Shown here: positions 6,766 to 16,199 of the stretch, one piece after another
Numbering within the stretch: the stretch's first letter is position 1
Layout of the letters: each line of letters begins with the position of its first letter
Source: a virus
DNA length: 34,461 nucleotides
Strand: one strand, 5' to 3'
Virus genome (UHGV): UHGV-1142857
Program-made: the position numbers and the translations under genes
The notes under the pieces: model-generated
Seen by the model: only the letters and a program-made list of their open reading frames with translations
Told to the model about the DNA's origin: nothing
Databases searched by the model: none

Positions 6766-7047
6766 CTACTCCTTCGGCTTTTCATAGGTCAATGCCTGTT
6801 CGCTGTCCCCCATGCCTTTGGTCGTCGGGTCGGTGAGCACGCCGATAAAGGACAGCACCGCCATCACCACCGTGCCGATAAGATAGGGGTTGCTGAAGAA
6901 GGCCGCAAACACCTCCCCTATGCTGCTCCAGGTGGTCAAATCCTCAAAGCCCAGCCCCAGATACGCCAGGATCGGCGACGCAATCACGCCCACTAGCCCG
7001 ATCCAAAACTGCGGGCTTTTTACCCGTACTTTCCAGTTGATTTTCAT
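6766..7047 (-). CDS. holin (phi LC3 / SPP1-type, Phage_holin_1-like)
   Basis: Start taken at MKINWKVRVKSPQFWIGLVGVIASPILAYLGLG, 13 nt after GGAGGAAAAACA (the track ORF extends 21 codons further). Two or three TM segments and a charged C-terminus. Confidence 0.75.
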   Translation of the reverse strand: MKINWKVRVKSPQFWIGLVGVIASPILAYLGLGFEDLTTWSSIGEVFAAFFSNPYLIGTVVMAVLSFIGVLTDPTTKGMGDSEQALTYEKPKE

Positions 7048-7069
7048 TGTTTTTCCTCCTTTTATCCTT

Positions 7070-8326
7070 TTACCCAAGGGGCACAAGCCACTTGCCGCCC
7101 AACGCGTCAATGGTATTCTCCCCAGCCTTGCCGTCCACGGTCAGCCCTGCCGCCTTCTGGAAGCTCTTAACCGCGCTCTCAGTGTTCTTCCCGAACTCGC
7201 CGTCCGCTCCCGTGCCGCCGCAGGAATACCCTTTAGCAATCAGCGCGCTTTGCAGATTCTTCACATCCGCCCCCTTCATTAAAGGGCTGGTTTTCCTGAG
7301 GATCCGGCTCACACTCCATGTTGTCCCGACAGCTTTCCATTCGCCGCCCAGGGCCTGGGTTGTCTTTTCCCCCACAATCCCGTCCGCCGTCAGTCCCGCG
7401 TCTTTCTGAAAGGCCGTGACTGCGGCTTCCGTGTTGCTGCCATATTCCCCATCGGCTCCGGTATTCCCGCAGGAATAACCCTTCGCAATTAGCGCAGCCT
7501 GCACGTCTCTCACGTCCTCTCCCGTCATGAGGGGGCTGGTCTTTTTCAGCAACCGCCCTACGGTGAAGGAAACCGGGGCGCCCCCGGCAATCCGCGTCAG
7601 ATCGCTCCGATTGCTGATATATCCGTCCTTCCCGTCATAGTCGATCTTGTACCACCCCGATGCGCTCACGCCCTCCAAAAGAAAACTGTCCCCTTTGTGG
7701 GCCACGCCCAGGACCGCCGTTTCCGTGTTGTCCCCGGCCCGCACGTTCACCGAGCCCCCCAGAACCTCCACCATGCCGCCTGCCGGGGAATCTCCTTCAA
7801 TCTCCTCTTTAAAGATGGAGGGCCGCCCATAGGCGTTCCAATAGCCGCTCCCGCTGGCATTCAGGCTCCGCTTGACCACACCGTCATCCCGCCCCTTGGC
7901 TTCGATGACGTTCAGGCTCTCATCCACGATATATCCGATATGATACGCTTTTCCCTTATCCTTGCCCGTCTGGTATACCCGGAACACCCAGTCGCCTTTT
8001 TTCAGTTCACTCCGGGTAAGCGCCGCGCATTTCCCCTTCAGGCCGTTGGCCGTCGTATCCCCGGAAATCCATTTCTTTACGTTATATAAATAGTAGGTAG
8101 CCAGTCCGCCGCAGTCAAAGGCCCGCAGCTTCTCTCCATAGCCCGCTTTCACCTGCTTTTTCCAAAAAGCAATGGCCCGCCGGGCGTTTGCTTCGCTGTC
8201 CTCCATTTTCTGTATCCACGCTTCCGAAATGGTCGTGTGATCCTGCCCCTGGCCGCCCCACACATAGATGCTGTGGTTGGCCGCCTGTTCTTCCAGATAC
8301 GCGATAAATTCACTCAGTTTGCCCAT
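7070..8326 (-). CDS. endolysin: N-terminal NlpC/P60-CHAP-like cysteine peptidase, bacterial SH3 domain, two C-terminal PG_binding_1 repeats
   Basis: 418 aa. Catalytic-type Cys in FDCGGLATYY and His in YHIGYIVDE. SH3b-like GGSVNVRAGDNTETAVLGVAHKGDSFLLEGVSASGWYKIDY. Duplicated LLKKTSPLM.G.DV..LQ.ALIAKGYSCG.TGADGE.G.NTE.AV..FQK.AGLT.DG..GE.T..ALGG module. Confidence 0.88.
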   Translation of the reverse strand: MGKLSEFIAYLEEQAANHSIYVWGGQGQDHTTISEAWIQKMEDSEANARRAIAFWKKQVKAGYGEKLRAFDCGGLATYYLYNVKKWISGDTTANGLKGKCAALTRSELKKGDWVFRVYQTGKDKGKAYHIGYIVDESLNVIEAKGRDDGVVKRSLNASGSGYWNAYGRPSIFKEEIEGDSPAGGMVEVLGGSVNVRAGDNTETAVLGVAHKGDSFLLEGVSASGWYKIDYDGKDGYISNRSDLTRIAGGAPVSFTVGRLLKKTSPLMTGEDVRDVQAALIAKGYSCGNTGADGEYGSNTEAAVTAFQKDAGLTADGIVGEKTTQALGGEWKAVGTTWSVSRILRKTSPLMKGADVKNLQSALIAKGYSCGGTGADGEFGKNTESAVKSFQKAAGLTVDGKAGENTIDALGGKWLVPLG

Positions 8327-8450
8327 TTTCTTTTCCTCCTGAAATCTCCTGCATTTCCTCTTCGGTAATCCATCCCTTTACCACGGCATTTTCCAGTTGT
8401 GCCACTTCGACAGACCCCGCACGATACAATCGGTTCAGTGTCTCAAACAT
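8310..8450 (-). CDS. XkdX-family small phage protein (46 aa)
   Basis: Not in the ORF track. ATG 5 nt after the preceding stop, GGAGGGTGA Shine-Dalgarno. MFETLNRLYRAGSVEVAQLENAVVKGWITEEEMQEISGGKENGQTE fits the XkdX signature (..Y..G.....Q....V.KG.IT.EEY.EI.G). Its stop overlaps the endolysin start. Confidence 0.6.
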   Translation of the reverse strand: MFETLNRLYRAGSVEVAQLENAVVKGWITEEEMQEISGGKENGQTE

Positions 8451-8455
8451 CTTTC

Positions 8456-8782
8456 TCACCCTCCCAGCGCGGAAATGACCAGCATATCCACCGTCTCCCG
8501 CAATATCTCCAGCTCGCTCCTGCCCGGGGCCGGGGCCGCCGGTTTCTCCGCCTCCGGAATCTCCTCCAGGGCCTCCCCCGTCCAGCGGTAGTTCGCCCGC
8601 CCGTATTCGTCCCGGATATCCTTTGCCAGATAGCGGCTCTGGGCATGGGCATATTTGTCCCCGTTTCCCTCGCCGATCAGCACCGCCCCTTCTCCCGGCT
8701 CCTCAAAGGCGTCCGAATAAATCCGCGTCACCTCTCCCGCCGGGTTTATCTGCGCATATACCTTCCATCCCTTTTCTTCCAT
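8456..8782 (-). CDS. XkdW-like small protein preceding XkdX
   Basis: Start taken at MEEKGWKVYAQINPAGEV after GGAGGT. Position between the fibre genes and the XkdX-like gene. Assignment is mainly by synteny. Confidence 0.35.
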   Translation of the reverse strand: MEEKGWKVYAQINPAGEVTRIYSDAFEEPGEGAVLIGEGNGDKYAHAQSRYLAKDIRDEYGRANYRWTGEALEEIPEAEKPAAPAPGRSELEILRETVDMLVISALGG

Positions 8783-8783
8783 A

Positions 8784-9716
8784 TTATGAATATACCTCCG
8801 CATCCAATGTCAGCCCCCAAAACTGCACTACGCACGGCCGGTTGCTTGTCACTCCCGGCGCTGTCGTCGTCAAATACAATGTATCCCCCGACGACTGCGA
8901 CGACGATATCCCCACCGTCTGCTGGTAAATCACGTCGCTGTCCACCGGCCGCACCGTCATGTCGTTCACATTCCCCCCGATGGTCGGCACGCTCCGCATG
9001 GGCACCGGCGGCATATATGTGAAACTCGCTCCTCCCACCGTAATATATCCCGGACAGAACACCGTCCCTGTATTCTGGTAATACCGCATGCACGCCAGCA
9101 GCTCCTCGCCATAGCTCTTTGGCACATACGGCGTCGCCTCTTCCCCCATCTCCAGTTTCGCCCAGCATACCGTCTGCCCCGCGGTAAATCCTCCCAGGCT
9201 CACCATGGCGCCCGTCACTTCCGCCGGACGTGTGATATATTTCATACTCCCGTCACTGTTCTTAACCCCTATCGACAGCGTCAGCTGTTTCCCCGCCAGC
9301 AAAGCAACATCCTGGGGCTCCATCATATATGCTATGGACACGGTGGCTCCCGAAACCAACATCCCGTCCTCTGTCCGCGATACCGTTGCGCTCTCCGCTC
9401 CTCCCGCCAGTTTCACGCAGTACCATCGATCCGCCGTATACATCCGGCTCGTTCCCACCGTGAAGCTCTCTCCGCGCTGCCATACCGTGAAGCCGCTGTT
9501 AATAAAGAAGTTGGGGTTGGAAGATATGTCCGCCCGGGCGGCGGCATTATATATGCCATCTTCGATATGATTCATCCAATCGGCAGTAAAGGGCGTCCCT
9601 GCTTGTTGTACTTCTGTCGGGGCAGAGGTAAGCGTCCACTCATTTCCGTTTTGGTCAGTAAATTTGTTAAGTCCCGTGCCGATTCTTGGGAGCCATGTGT
9701 TTTTTGTGTATGCCAT
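8784..9716 (-). CDS. tail fibre / receptor-binding protein, paralog 2
   Basis: 310 aa. N-terminal 55 aa (MAYTKNTWLPRIGTGLNKFTDQNGNEW...GTPFTADWMNHIEDGI) is about 60 percent identical to the N-terminus of 9734..10240; the C-terminal domain is unrelated. RBS GGAAAGGAG. Confidence 0.55.
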   Translation of the reverse strand: MAYTKNTWLPRIGTGLNKFTDQNGNEWTLTSAPTEVQQAGTPFTADWMNHIEDGIYNAAARADISSNPNFFINSGFTVWQRGESFTVGTSRMYTADRWYCVKLAGGAESATVSRTEDGMLVSGATVSIAYMMEPQDVALLAGKQLTLSIGVKNSDGSMKYITRPAEVTGAMVSLGGFTAGQTVCWAKLEMGEEATPYVPKSYGEELLACMRYYQNTGTVFCPGYITVGGASFTYMPPVPMRSVPTIGGNVNDMTVRPVDSDVIYQQTVGISSSQSSGDTLYLTTTAPGVTSNRPCVVQFWGLTLDAEVYS

Positions 9717-9733
9717 AGTACTCCTTTCCGGCC

Positions 9734-10240
9734 TTAGAAAAGACCGATAATTTTTAAAATGCCGTATCCATCTTGCGTGATAAAAGAACCAGAATTAAAC
9801 GAGACAATAAATCCATTGTTATATGTGATCGTATTTCCGGACACGCTGGCCGAGTATGTAACAAATGCCGGAACACCTGATAGCGCGGATGCTCCGCCAA
9901 TCCCCCTAAAAATACCATTTCCGGTTCCAGCTTCCGTCATAACCGCCGATCCGACAGCGCCAACAAATAGGAAGGCCATGTAGTCTGATATTCCGGGCAC
10001 GGTAATTGCTCCGCTGTTCCACTCTCCTTCCCATAAAACTGTCCCCACTTTGGAAGTTACCGCATCTGCATCTGCGATTCCCTGCTCGATGTGGTTCATC
10101 CACGCCGCAGAAAACGGGGTTCCTATCTGCGTGATGCTCACCGGATTGGGTGTAAATTCATATTGTTTGCCATCCTGATCAGTAAAACGGTTCAGGCCGA
10201 CCCCGGCCCGGTCAACCCATGTGTTTGGTGTATAAGCCAT
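9734..10240 (-). CDS. tail fibre / receptor-binding protein, paralog 1 (short)
   Basis: 168 aa. MAYTPNTWVDRAGVGLNRFTDQDGKQY...GTPFSAAWMNHIEQGI shares its N-terminus with 8784..9716. RBS AAGGAGGAAAT. Confidence 0.55.
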   Translation of the reverse strand: MAYTPNTWVDRAGVGLNRFTDQDGKQYEFTPNPVSITQIGTPFSAAWMNHIEQGIADADAVTSKVGTVLWEGEWNSGAITVPGISDYMAFLFVGAVGSAVMTEAGTGNGIFRGIGGASALSGVPAFVTYSASVSGNTITYNNGFIVSFNSGSFITQDGYGILKIIGLF

Positions 10241-10249
10241 ATTTCCTCC

Positions 10250-10723
10250 TTAAATTGTGCAGGTGTCTGTCCGCACGACGTTCAAGACAATGTTTGTGTT
10301 CTTGTCGATATTTACTAAAACGCGGGATAGCAGCGTCCCGCTGTCCTTTGTGGCCGTTGCATTTGGCCCGGCAAAAACGCCGATTTCCCGGATATTGTAG
10401 TTGCACTCCTGCGATCCTAGGCTTACCACGGTCTGGACGATTCCAGGATTTGGGTTAGATATCTGCGTGATCTGTTTGCGGAAAACCTCGGCATCCAGCG
10501 CAGTATCCCCCGCAGAAACGGCAGATGACCCGGTTCCAAAGGCAAAATACTTGATTTCCAGCGCATCCAGCGCCCCCGTATAATTGCCCATGAGCATTTG
10601 AACCCGCACCGTGCGGTTGATCTCCGTAAGCTGGTTGTCAAACCGCCATGCCCCCAGAACCCGCCCGGAACCTGCGTCTATACTTCTTATCAGATAATGG
10701 CCTTTCAGGCCAAATTTCTCCAT
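10250..10723 (-). CDS. tail tip / baseplate-associated structural protein (unknown family)
   Basis: Start at MEKFGLKGHYLIRS, 10 nt after AAGGAGGT. Lies between the distal tail protein and the fibre genes. Confidence 0.4.
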   Translation of the reverse strand: MEKFGLKGHYLIRSIDAGSGRVLGAWRFDNQLTEINRTVRVQMLMGNYTGALDALEIKYFAFGTGSSAVSAGDTALDAEVFRKQITQISNPNPGIVQTVVSLGSQECNYNIREIGVFAGPNATATKDSGTLLSRVLVNIDKNTNIVLNVVRTDTCTI

Positions 10724-10739
10724 CTCCAAAGCGACCTCC

Positions 10740-12248
10740 TTATACTGGGAACACTTCATTCCCTAAATCTGTAGGAGCGAAAATACTCCCGTTTTCCATC
10801 GCCTGGGCGGCGTAGAAGGATTGTCCAACGCCTCCCCTCCCGCTGTAGCTGCCGCCCGCCATGGGATAATATGTATTGTCAAACCGCACATAGATAAACG
10901 GCCCGCCAAAGGATACCTCCGGTGTAGGATAGGACGGCGTGGCATAGCTGGAAACGCTTTCTTCCTGCAAGGCAAGCACTTCATTTGTGCTGCTCTGCTG
11001 GATTACAATTTCATCCTGCCGGATAAAAAGTTGACTGATATCACGGTACAGATTGGATATTGTTTCGCCGTAGGACTTCAAGTAGTTCCGGTCCGTCAGC
11101 CGCAGGGAAATCTTATAATCTCCCGAAGAAATCGCCGCCGGTTCTATTGTTCGTTCTACAATGAGATACTCCCCGACAATTCCCAGATCCGGCAGATCAA
11201 ATGTCAGCTGGGTTAAAATTTCCGTGTCCGCGATCTCCATGTTTAATTTTGCAAGCTGGGAGGACAGCATCCAGAATGTGATCTCTCCCATATTCTGCTC
11301 AAACTGTTCCAGCAGAGAATTGGCAAGCTGCAAAGCGTCCTGGGTATTGGTGATATTGGAGGCGATATATACGTTTTCCCGCAACCCGCTGGTTCCCGTA
11401 TGCTCGGCAATCTCGTTAATTTTTGTGTTATTGTATGCCACAACCCGAATGGGGAACATGCCGATATATGCAATGCGCACGGCGTCCCCCTGGGTCAAAA
11501 AGTCCTTGTCCTTGATCGCTATGGTTTGGGAATCAAAGGAAAATGCGAAAACAATATTTTCGTCTTCATCGTCCAGACCGTTCACGCCGATCCGTTCCGG
11601 GGGAACCGGCGTGCTGTTCACCCAAATCTGCGGCTTTTGCGCCAGGGGAAAGACAGTTGTAAAAGAATCCTGCTCTCCGTCATAGGTATACGTTTCCTCC
11701 TGCTCGCTGGTGTAATCTTTCGCCCCGGTAATATACTGCACGGTGCGGGTCATATAATCCTTGGTCTTGTGCTGCAACTCCGAACCCAACAGAAAATCCT
11801 TGTTGATCGTGTGCGGGAACTGGGGAAATTCCTCTTTTACGATAAAGTAAAATTTCTTCTGGTTGTCCACGCGCCAAACCGCGCCCACAAGGTCGGCAAG
11901 CTCATTGAGCGCGTCTTGCAGGTTGAAATCCCCGGCAGTATATACCTCCATTGTGACGGGAATTTCGGATATCTTTCCCAGGGTGATGTTCTCCTGCGCG
12001 ATATACGTCGTAAAAAGAGCCTGCACGATCTCCGTGATGGTATATCCCTGAAACGCCACATTGATGATTCGGTTTGCCAGAATCGCATTTGCATTGGAAC
12101 AGGTGACCGCATACACCTTTTTTTCCAGCCCGGTTTGATATTTCGGGGAGGAAGGGATTCCGCAGGAACCCCAAAAGATGGTGTTTCCAGCATCATCCTT
12201 CAGCTCCAGGATATCCCCCGCGACAGGGAATGGCTGATCCTCTACCAC
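10740..12248 (-). CDS. distal tail protein (Dit/Sipho_tail-like), extended form
   Basis: 502 aa directly after the tape measure. The reading frame is open upstream to the tape measure stop and encodes ..YINGIEYDAQTDFSITEQTG.., but has no ATG/GTG/TTG before the GTG at 12248. Confidence 0.45.
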   Translation of the reverse strand: MVEDQPFPVAGDILELKDDAGNTIFWGSCGIPSSPKYQTGLEKKVYAVTCSNANAILANRIINVAFQGYTITEIVQALFTTYIAQENITLGKISEIPVTMEVYTAGDFNLQDALNELADLVGAVWRVDNQKKFYFIVKEEFPQFPHTINKDFLLGSELQHKTKDYMTRTVQYITGAKDYTSEQEETYTYDGEQDSFTTVFPLAQKPQIWVNSTPVPPERIGVNGLDDEDENIVFAFSFDSQTIAIKDKDFLTQGDAVRIAYIGMFPIRVVAYNNTKINEIAEHTGTSGLRENVYIASNITNTQDALQLANSLLEQFEQNMGEITFWMLSSQLAKLNMEIADTEILTQLTFDLPDLGIVGEYLIVERTIEPAAISSGDYKISLRLTDRNYLKSYGETISNLYRDISQLFIRQDEIVIQQSSTNEVLALQEESVSSYATPSYPTPEVSFGGPFIYVRFDNTYYPMAGGSYSGRGGVGQSFYAAQAMENGSIFAPTDLGNEVFPV

Positions 12249-12348
12249 AACGGATATATCCGATGCCGTCTTGTTCCCCGTCTGCTCCGTGATGGAAAAG
12301 TCGGTTTGCGCATCATATTCAATTCCATTTATATATGCTTTGATAGGA

Positions 12349-14664
12349 TTACCCCCTTAATGTGAATGCGGCGGCGTCATCCAGATTGCGAAGGAAAACC
12401 CTTCCCACCTTCAGCCCGTCCATTTCCACATTGCCCGTCAGCGTAATATCCGCATATAACGGACGATCCGAACCCATGGCATCCCCTCGCGGGGCCGCCC
12501 CATTGGCAATGGCAAAAAGCTCCGCCTGCTGCTGTTGCGTCAGGACCATTTCCCCTTTTTTCAGCATTGCAAGCCCTTCCCCTTCTTCAAAGTCCACAAT
12601 GCCGCCGGTATGGAACCGGGGAAGTTTTACCTTTGCGATCAATGGGATTTCCCCGATGCCCAGCCAGCCAATCAGGGAGTTAACGCCTTGTATTAAGCCA
12701 TTGATGATGCCAATAGCACCATTAATAATGGATTCAATGATGGTCGGAATGAGATTGAAAATGTTCCGAAAAATGTTGACAATGCCGTCCCACGCGGCTT
12801 CCCAGTTCCCGGAAAATACGTTCACCAGAAAATCAACAACGGAACTAAAGACACTCACAAGCCCTTCTATAATGGGCATGATCGCATCAATGGCGCCGCC
12901 CAGCACCCCGGTAAGTATTCCGGCCAGCTTTTCAATCACCGGCCCTAGTATTCCGCTGATGAACTCCGCTATTTCGGTGAAGATATTGAAAAGCGGCGTA
13001 AGGGCATCAAAAACACTTGTGATGATCGGGGTCAGCTCTGCAAAAAGGTCTTGCAGAATCGGCAGGATCATTTCCACAAGGCTTGTGAGCGGTTCAATTA
13101 ACGATGTTATGAGCGTAAGAATGGGTTGCAGTGCCGCGTTTATCAGAGCGGAAAGAGGCTCCATGATAGCGGTCAGCATCTCCATGATCGGCTCAAATAT
13201 CTCATTAAGAAGTTGGGTAATCGGTTCCAGGATTTGGATTAATACATCCAGAATAGGGGTTAGGGCTTCGCTCAAAAGCTGCATTGCAATCCCTAAAACC
13301 TGCCCGAGAAACTCGATCAAAACCCCGAGCGGTTCAGACAGCAAAAGAATTATTTCGCTTAGCTGCTCCAGAATCGGACTCAGGGAATCCGATATCACCT
13401 CTATAATGGGGGCGATTGTTTCGGCCAGCACATTCAATAGAGGAATGAGGGCTTCACCGATCGGAATAAGTAATAGCTCAAAAGATCGTTGCAGTCCTTC
13501 CAGCATGGAGCCTAGGTCATCATATTTGACCTTTTGTATTTCCTCCATGGCTTCCGCAGAAGAATAAGCCCCTTTTTCGATGGATGCGAGTTGGGAAACA
13601 ACTTCTGGTCCCAAGTCCTCCCACATTGTTCCAAAAAGATTGACACCTGCGGTATTTTGGGCCAATGGGTCTTTCATATTCGCCAAAGCGGATATGGTCT
13701 TGTCAAAGGCTTCCTTTGCTGAATCGCCGCCCGCGGCAAATTTTTTTGCCATTTCATCGGCATTAAGCCCAATTGCAGCAAACCCCTGTTTTGTCGTATC
13801 GGATCCATCAATTACCCGAATTGACATCTCCTTAATTGCATCGCCGATTTTGTCCAAATTCCAGGCGCCGGTTTCCGCACCTTTCTCCATGATTTTGAAC
13901 ATGTCATCGGCGTCCAGGCCCACTTTTTTAAACTGAACGCTATATTCATTGATGCTGTCCAGAAGTTCCCCGGAAAAATCCAGGCCATTTTGCGCTCCGG
14001 TCGCAATCAAGGACATCGCTTTACCACCGGAAATGCCGAACTGCGTCATTAAAGTGCTTGCCGAGCGAATAGATTCGTTTATTTCATACCCAAAGGTATC
14101 CCGCAAGGTAAAGGCATCCTCGGTTATGTTTTGCAATGTTGCTTGATCCAGCTTACCCATTTGCTGGGTAATCGTTGCCATGGCGTTTCCGATATCCTCG
14201 AAAGATTCGCCATAGTTATTGGCATAGATATTCTTAAGCGTGTCCTCATATTCAGAAAGCGCCGCATCCGCTATTCCCGTAGCCGCGGCAAATTGGTTCA
14301 TCGCCTTATCAAGATCAGTCGCCCCAGATATGGCCTTTACCCCAATCGCCGCCGCAGATGCTCCGATGGCAAAAAATGAGGTTCCCGCAATTTCGCCCAT
14401 AGCGGAAAAAGCCTCGCCAAGATTTGATACAACATCTTTTAAAGACGCAGAACTCTTTGCCGCCTCATCCGTACCTTTTTTTATCGATTCTTCGGAATTT
14501 TTTACTCCTTCCTTGATCGCTTTTTCCGATTCATTTGTACTCTTTTTTACGGAATCTTCGCCCTTTTGCGATGCTTTCTTTATTTTCTTTTCGGCATCAT
14601 CTAAATCTTTGCTAACGCCTTGTGTGTCTACCCTTACTTCATATTCGACTTTACCATCTGCCAA
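12349..14664 (-). CDS. tail tape measure protein
   Basis: 771 aa; TTG start after AGAGGTGA. Long alpha-helical repetitive core (..LIPIGEALIPLLNVLAETIAPIIEVISDSL..). TP901-type core motif GAWNLDKIGDAIKEMSIRV. Sits between the tail chaperone genes and the distal tail protein. Confidence 0.88.
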   Translation of the reverse strand: MADGKVEYEVRVDTQGVSKDLDDAEKKIKKASQKGEDSVKKSTNESEKAIKEGVKNSEESIKKGTDEAAKSSASLKDVVSNLGEAFSAMGEIAGTSFFAIGASAAAIGVKAISGATDLDKAMNQFAAATGIADAALSEYEDTLKNIYANNYGESFEDIGNAMATITQQMGKLDQATLQNITEDAFTLRDTFGYEINESIRSASTLMTQFGISGGKAMSLIATGAQNGLDFSGELLDSINEYSVQFKKVGLDADDMFKIMEKGAETGAWNLDKIGDAIKEMSIRVIDGSDTTKQGFAAIGLNADEMAKKFAAGGDSAKEAFDKTISALANMKDPLAQNTAGVNLFGTMWEDLGPEVVSQLASIEKGAYSSAEAMEEIQKVKYDDLGSMLEGLQRSFELLLIPIGEALIPLLNVLAETIAPIIEVISDSLSPILEQLSEIILLLSEPLGVLIEFLGQVLGIAMQLLSEALTPILDVLIQILEPITQLLNEIFEPIMEMLTAIMEPLSALINAALQPILTLITSLIEPLTSLVEMILPILQDLFAELTPIITSVFDALTPLFNIFTEIAEFISGILGPVIEKLAGILTGVLGGAIDAIMPIIEGLVSVFSSVVDFLVNVFSGNWEAAWDGIVNIFRNIFNLIPTIIESIINGAIGIINGLIQGVNSLIGWLGIGEIPLIAKVKLPRFHTGGIVDFEEGEGLAMLKKGEMVLTQQQQAELFAIANGAAPRGDAMGSDRPLYADITLTGNVEMDGLKVGRVFLRNLDDAAAFTLRG

Positions 14665-14670
14665 CGAAAA

Positions 14671-15291
14671 TCACCTCTCTTTTCTCTGCGCCATCGCCTC
14701 CATTGCCATTGCGATTTTGCGGAAGCCCGCCTCTCTTTGTTTGCGCTGTTCTTCTTCCGTAAGCTCTACCCGGTATAACATTTTCAAGCGCATAAGGTTC
14801 TGCCGCTCCTGCGCGTTATACTTCGTCGCCTTGGGCAGCGGCCGTGTACGGATGGAAATGATCTGCATGATCCGCGTGTTTTCCGGCAGGCCCTTAAAGA
14901 GCTGGATGAACTTCCACCAATGCAGATCGCGGTCTTTGCCCAGTAAATCGATGCCATAGCACTCCCGAAACGCCGCATAGATAAAAGGCGCGTCCTGGTC
15001 AAAATCAAAGGCTTTGGGCGCGTCTGCCTCTTTGTCGCCCGTGTTTACATACTCCCTAAAGACCGCCTCAAAAAGACCCACTTTTCGATTGCGGGATAAA
15101 AAGGGCAAAAGAAAACGGCCTCCCCGGATCAGAAGCCGCAGGCAGAAATCTATCTTGTCGGGATAGTCCAGAACCTCGTCTTTCAGCACCGCATAACTTT
15201 GTAGTACACGGCGAAAGCCGGTATTTATATGAAATCGAACCCCTGCGGCATATACCGTATGTTTCAGAGGCTCATAAAGCGTCTGTTTCAT
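14671..15291 (-). CDS. Gp15-family / tail assembly protein between chaperone and tape measure
   Basis: 206 aa, ATGA overlap with the upstream gene. Assignment by position and size. Confidence 0.4.
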   Translation of the reverse strand: MKQTLYEPLKHTVYAAGVRFHINTGFRRVLQSYAVLKDEVLDYPDKIDFCLRLLIRGGRFLLPFLSRNRKVGLFEAVFREYVNTGDKEADAPKAFDFDQDAPFIYAAFRECYGIDLLGKDRDLHWWKFIQLFKGLPENTRIMQIISIRTRPLPKATKYNAQERQNLMRLKMLYRVELTEEEQRKQREAGFRKIAMAMEAMAQRKER

Positions 15292-15680
15292 TTAAAACGC
15301 CGCTTGAACTGCGCCTTTCTCTCCTTTGCCATCTCCTGAATTTTGGGCGCTATGACGTTCTGGATATAGGGAAAAATATCCGTGAACATCGTCACATAGT
15401 CGCCGCCATAAAATTCCTGCATTTTCCGCGTGTTGTCCTCTCCAAACAGCAAGGCAATCATCCGGATTGTTGCCTCTCCAATCTCTGAAAGAGCGGCGTC
15501 GCTTCCAGGCTGTTCCTTCAGCTTCTTTTGCGCGTCAATTAACTGGATTTGTAGGCCCCGGTATTCTTTCACCAGCTGTGGCGACGTGTTCATGCGGATA
15601 TGCAAATCCAGCGTCTCGCTGTTTTCTCCGTTGATCCGCAACGTGTCCTCGAATGCCTGCGTCTTTTGTATGGTATACAT
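15288..15680 (-). CDS. tail assembly chaperone-like protein
   Basis: 130 aa acidic protein between the major tail protein and the tape measure. Confidence 0.45.
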   Translation of the reverse strand: MYTIQKTQAFEDTLRINGENSETLDLHIRMNTSPQLVKEYRGLQIQLIDAQKKLKEQPGSDAALSEIGEATIRMIALLFGEDNTRKMQEFYGGDYVTMFTDIFPYIQNVIAPKIQEMAKERKAQFKRRFK

Positions 15681-15726
15681 GATTCCCTCCTAAAAATATG
15701 GCGGGGCAAACGCCCCGCCGATTACA

Positions 15727-16197
15727 TTACGCTGCCGGTGTCGTTTTGGTTTCCGGCTTTCCGTCAAAGCGGATTTCAAAGGAAATCGCACTGTCATCCG
15801 TCGAAGCGCCCGACCATTCCTGGATATTGCAGATCGTACAGTCACAAGTCAGCTCCACCGTCGCCCCCTCGGCATTGGTGTAACTGATTTGGAAAGACGA
15901 CTGCCGTTCCGTATCAAGGGCGTATTTCGTCCCGAAGATATAGTCCTGCGCCTGGTCTCCCATTACGCGGCGCCCCGTAAGCGTGAATGCCGGGGCCATG
16001 CCCGTGACGTGGTTCCGTGCAAAGCCATCATCCGAAAGAAAAAAGTATTGTTGCACCACTTCGTTCAGGGCTTCCGCAATATTATCAATTCCGTTTCCCA
16101 ACTCCGCATACGTCCAGGCTACAGAGGGCGATTCCGTCTTGGAAACGCCGATCTTGGCCGTTAAGTTATACATGGTCATAAGACCGTATGCTGCCAT
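15727..16197 (-). CDS. major tail protein
   Basis: 156 aa. RBS AAGGGGGAG. Position after the head-tail joining genes and before the chaperones. Beta-rich composition with a basic C-terminus. Confidence 0.65.
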   Translation of the reverse strand: MAAYGLMTMYNLTAKIGVSKTESPSVAWTYAELGNGIDNIAEALNEVVQQYFFLSDDGFARNHVTGMAPAFTLTGRRVMGDQAQDYIFGTKYALDTERQSSFQISYTNAEGATVELTCDCTICNIQEWSGASTDDSAISFEIRFDGKPETKTTPAA

Positions 16198-16199
16198 TT

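Noticed and set aside
12362-13567. 401-aa plus-strand ORF
   Set aside because: Antisense to the tape measure gene. Ser/Pro/Ala/Arg-rich low-complexity translation typical of high-GC antisense frames. No RBS.
15285-15300. Programmed -1 frameshift fusing the two tail-chaperone ORFs (G/GT-like)
   Set aside because: The -1 frame at the TTTTAAA-like sequence hits TAA immediately; the genes are simply coupled by an ATGA overlap.
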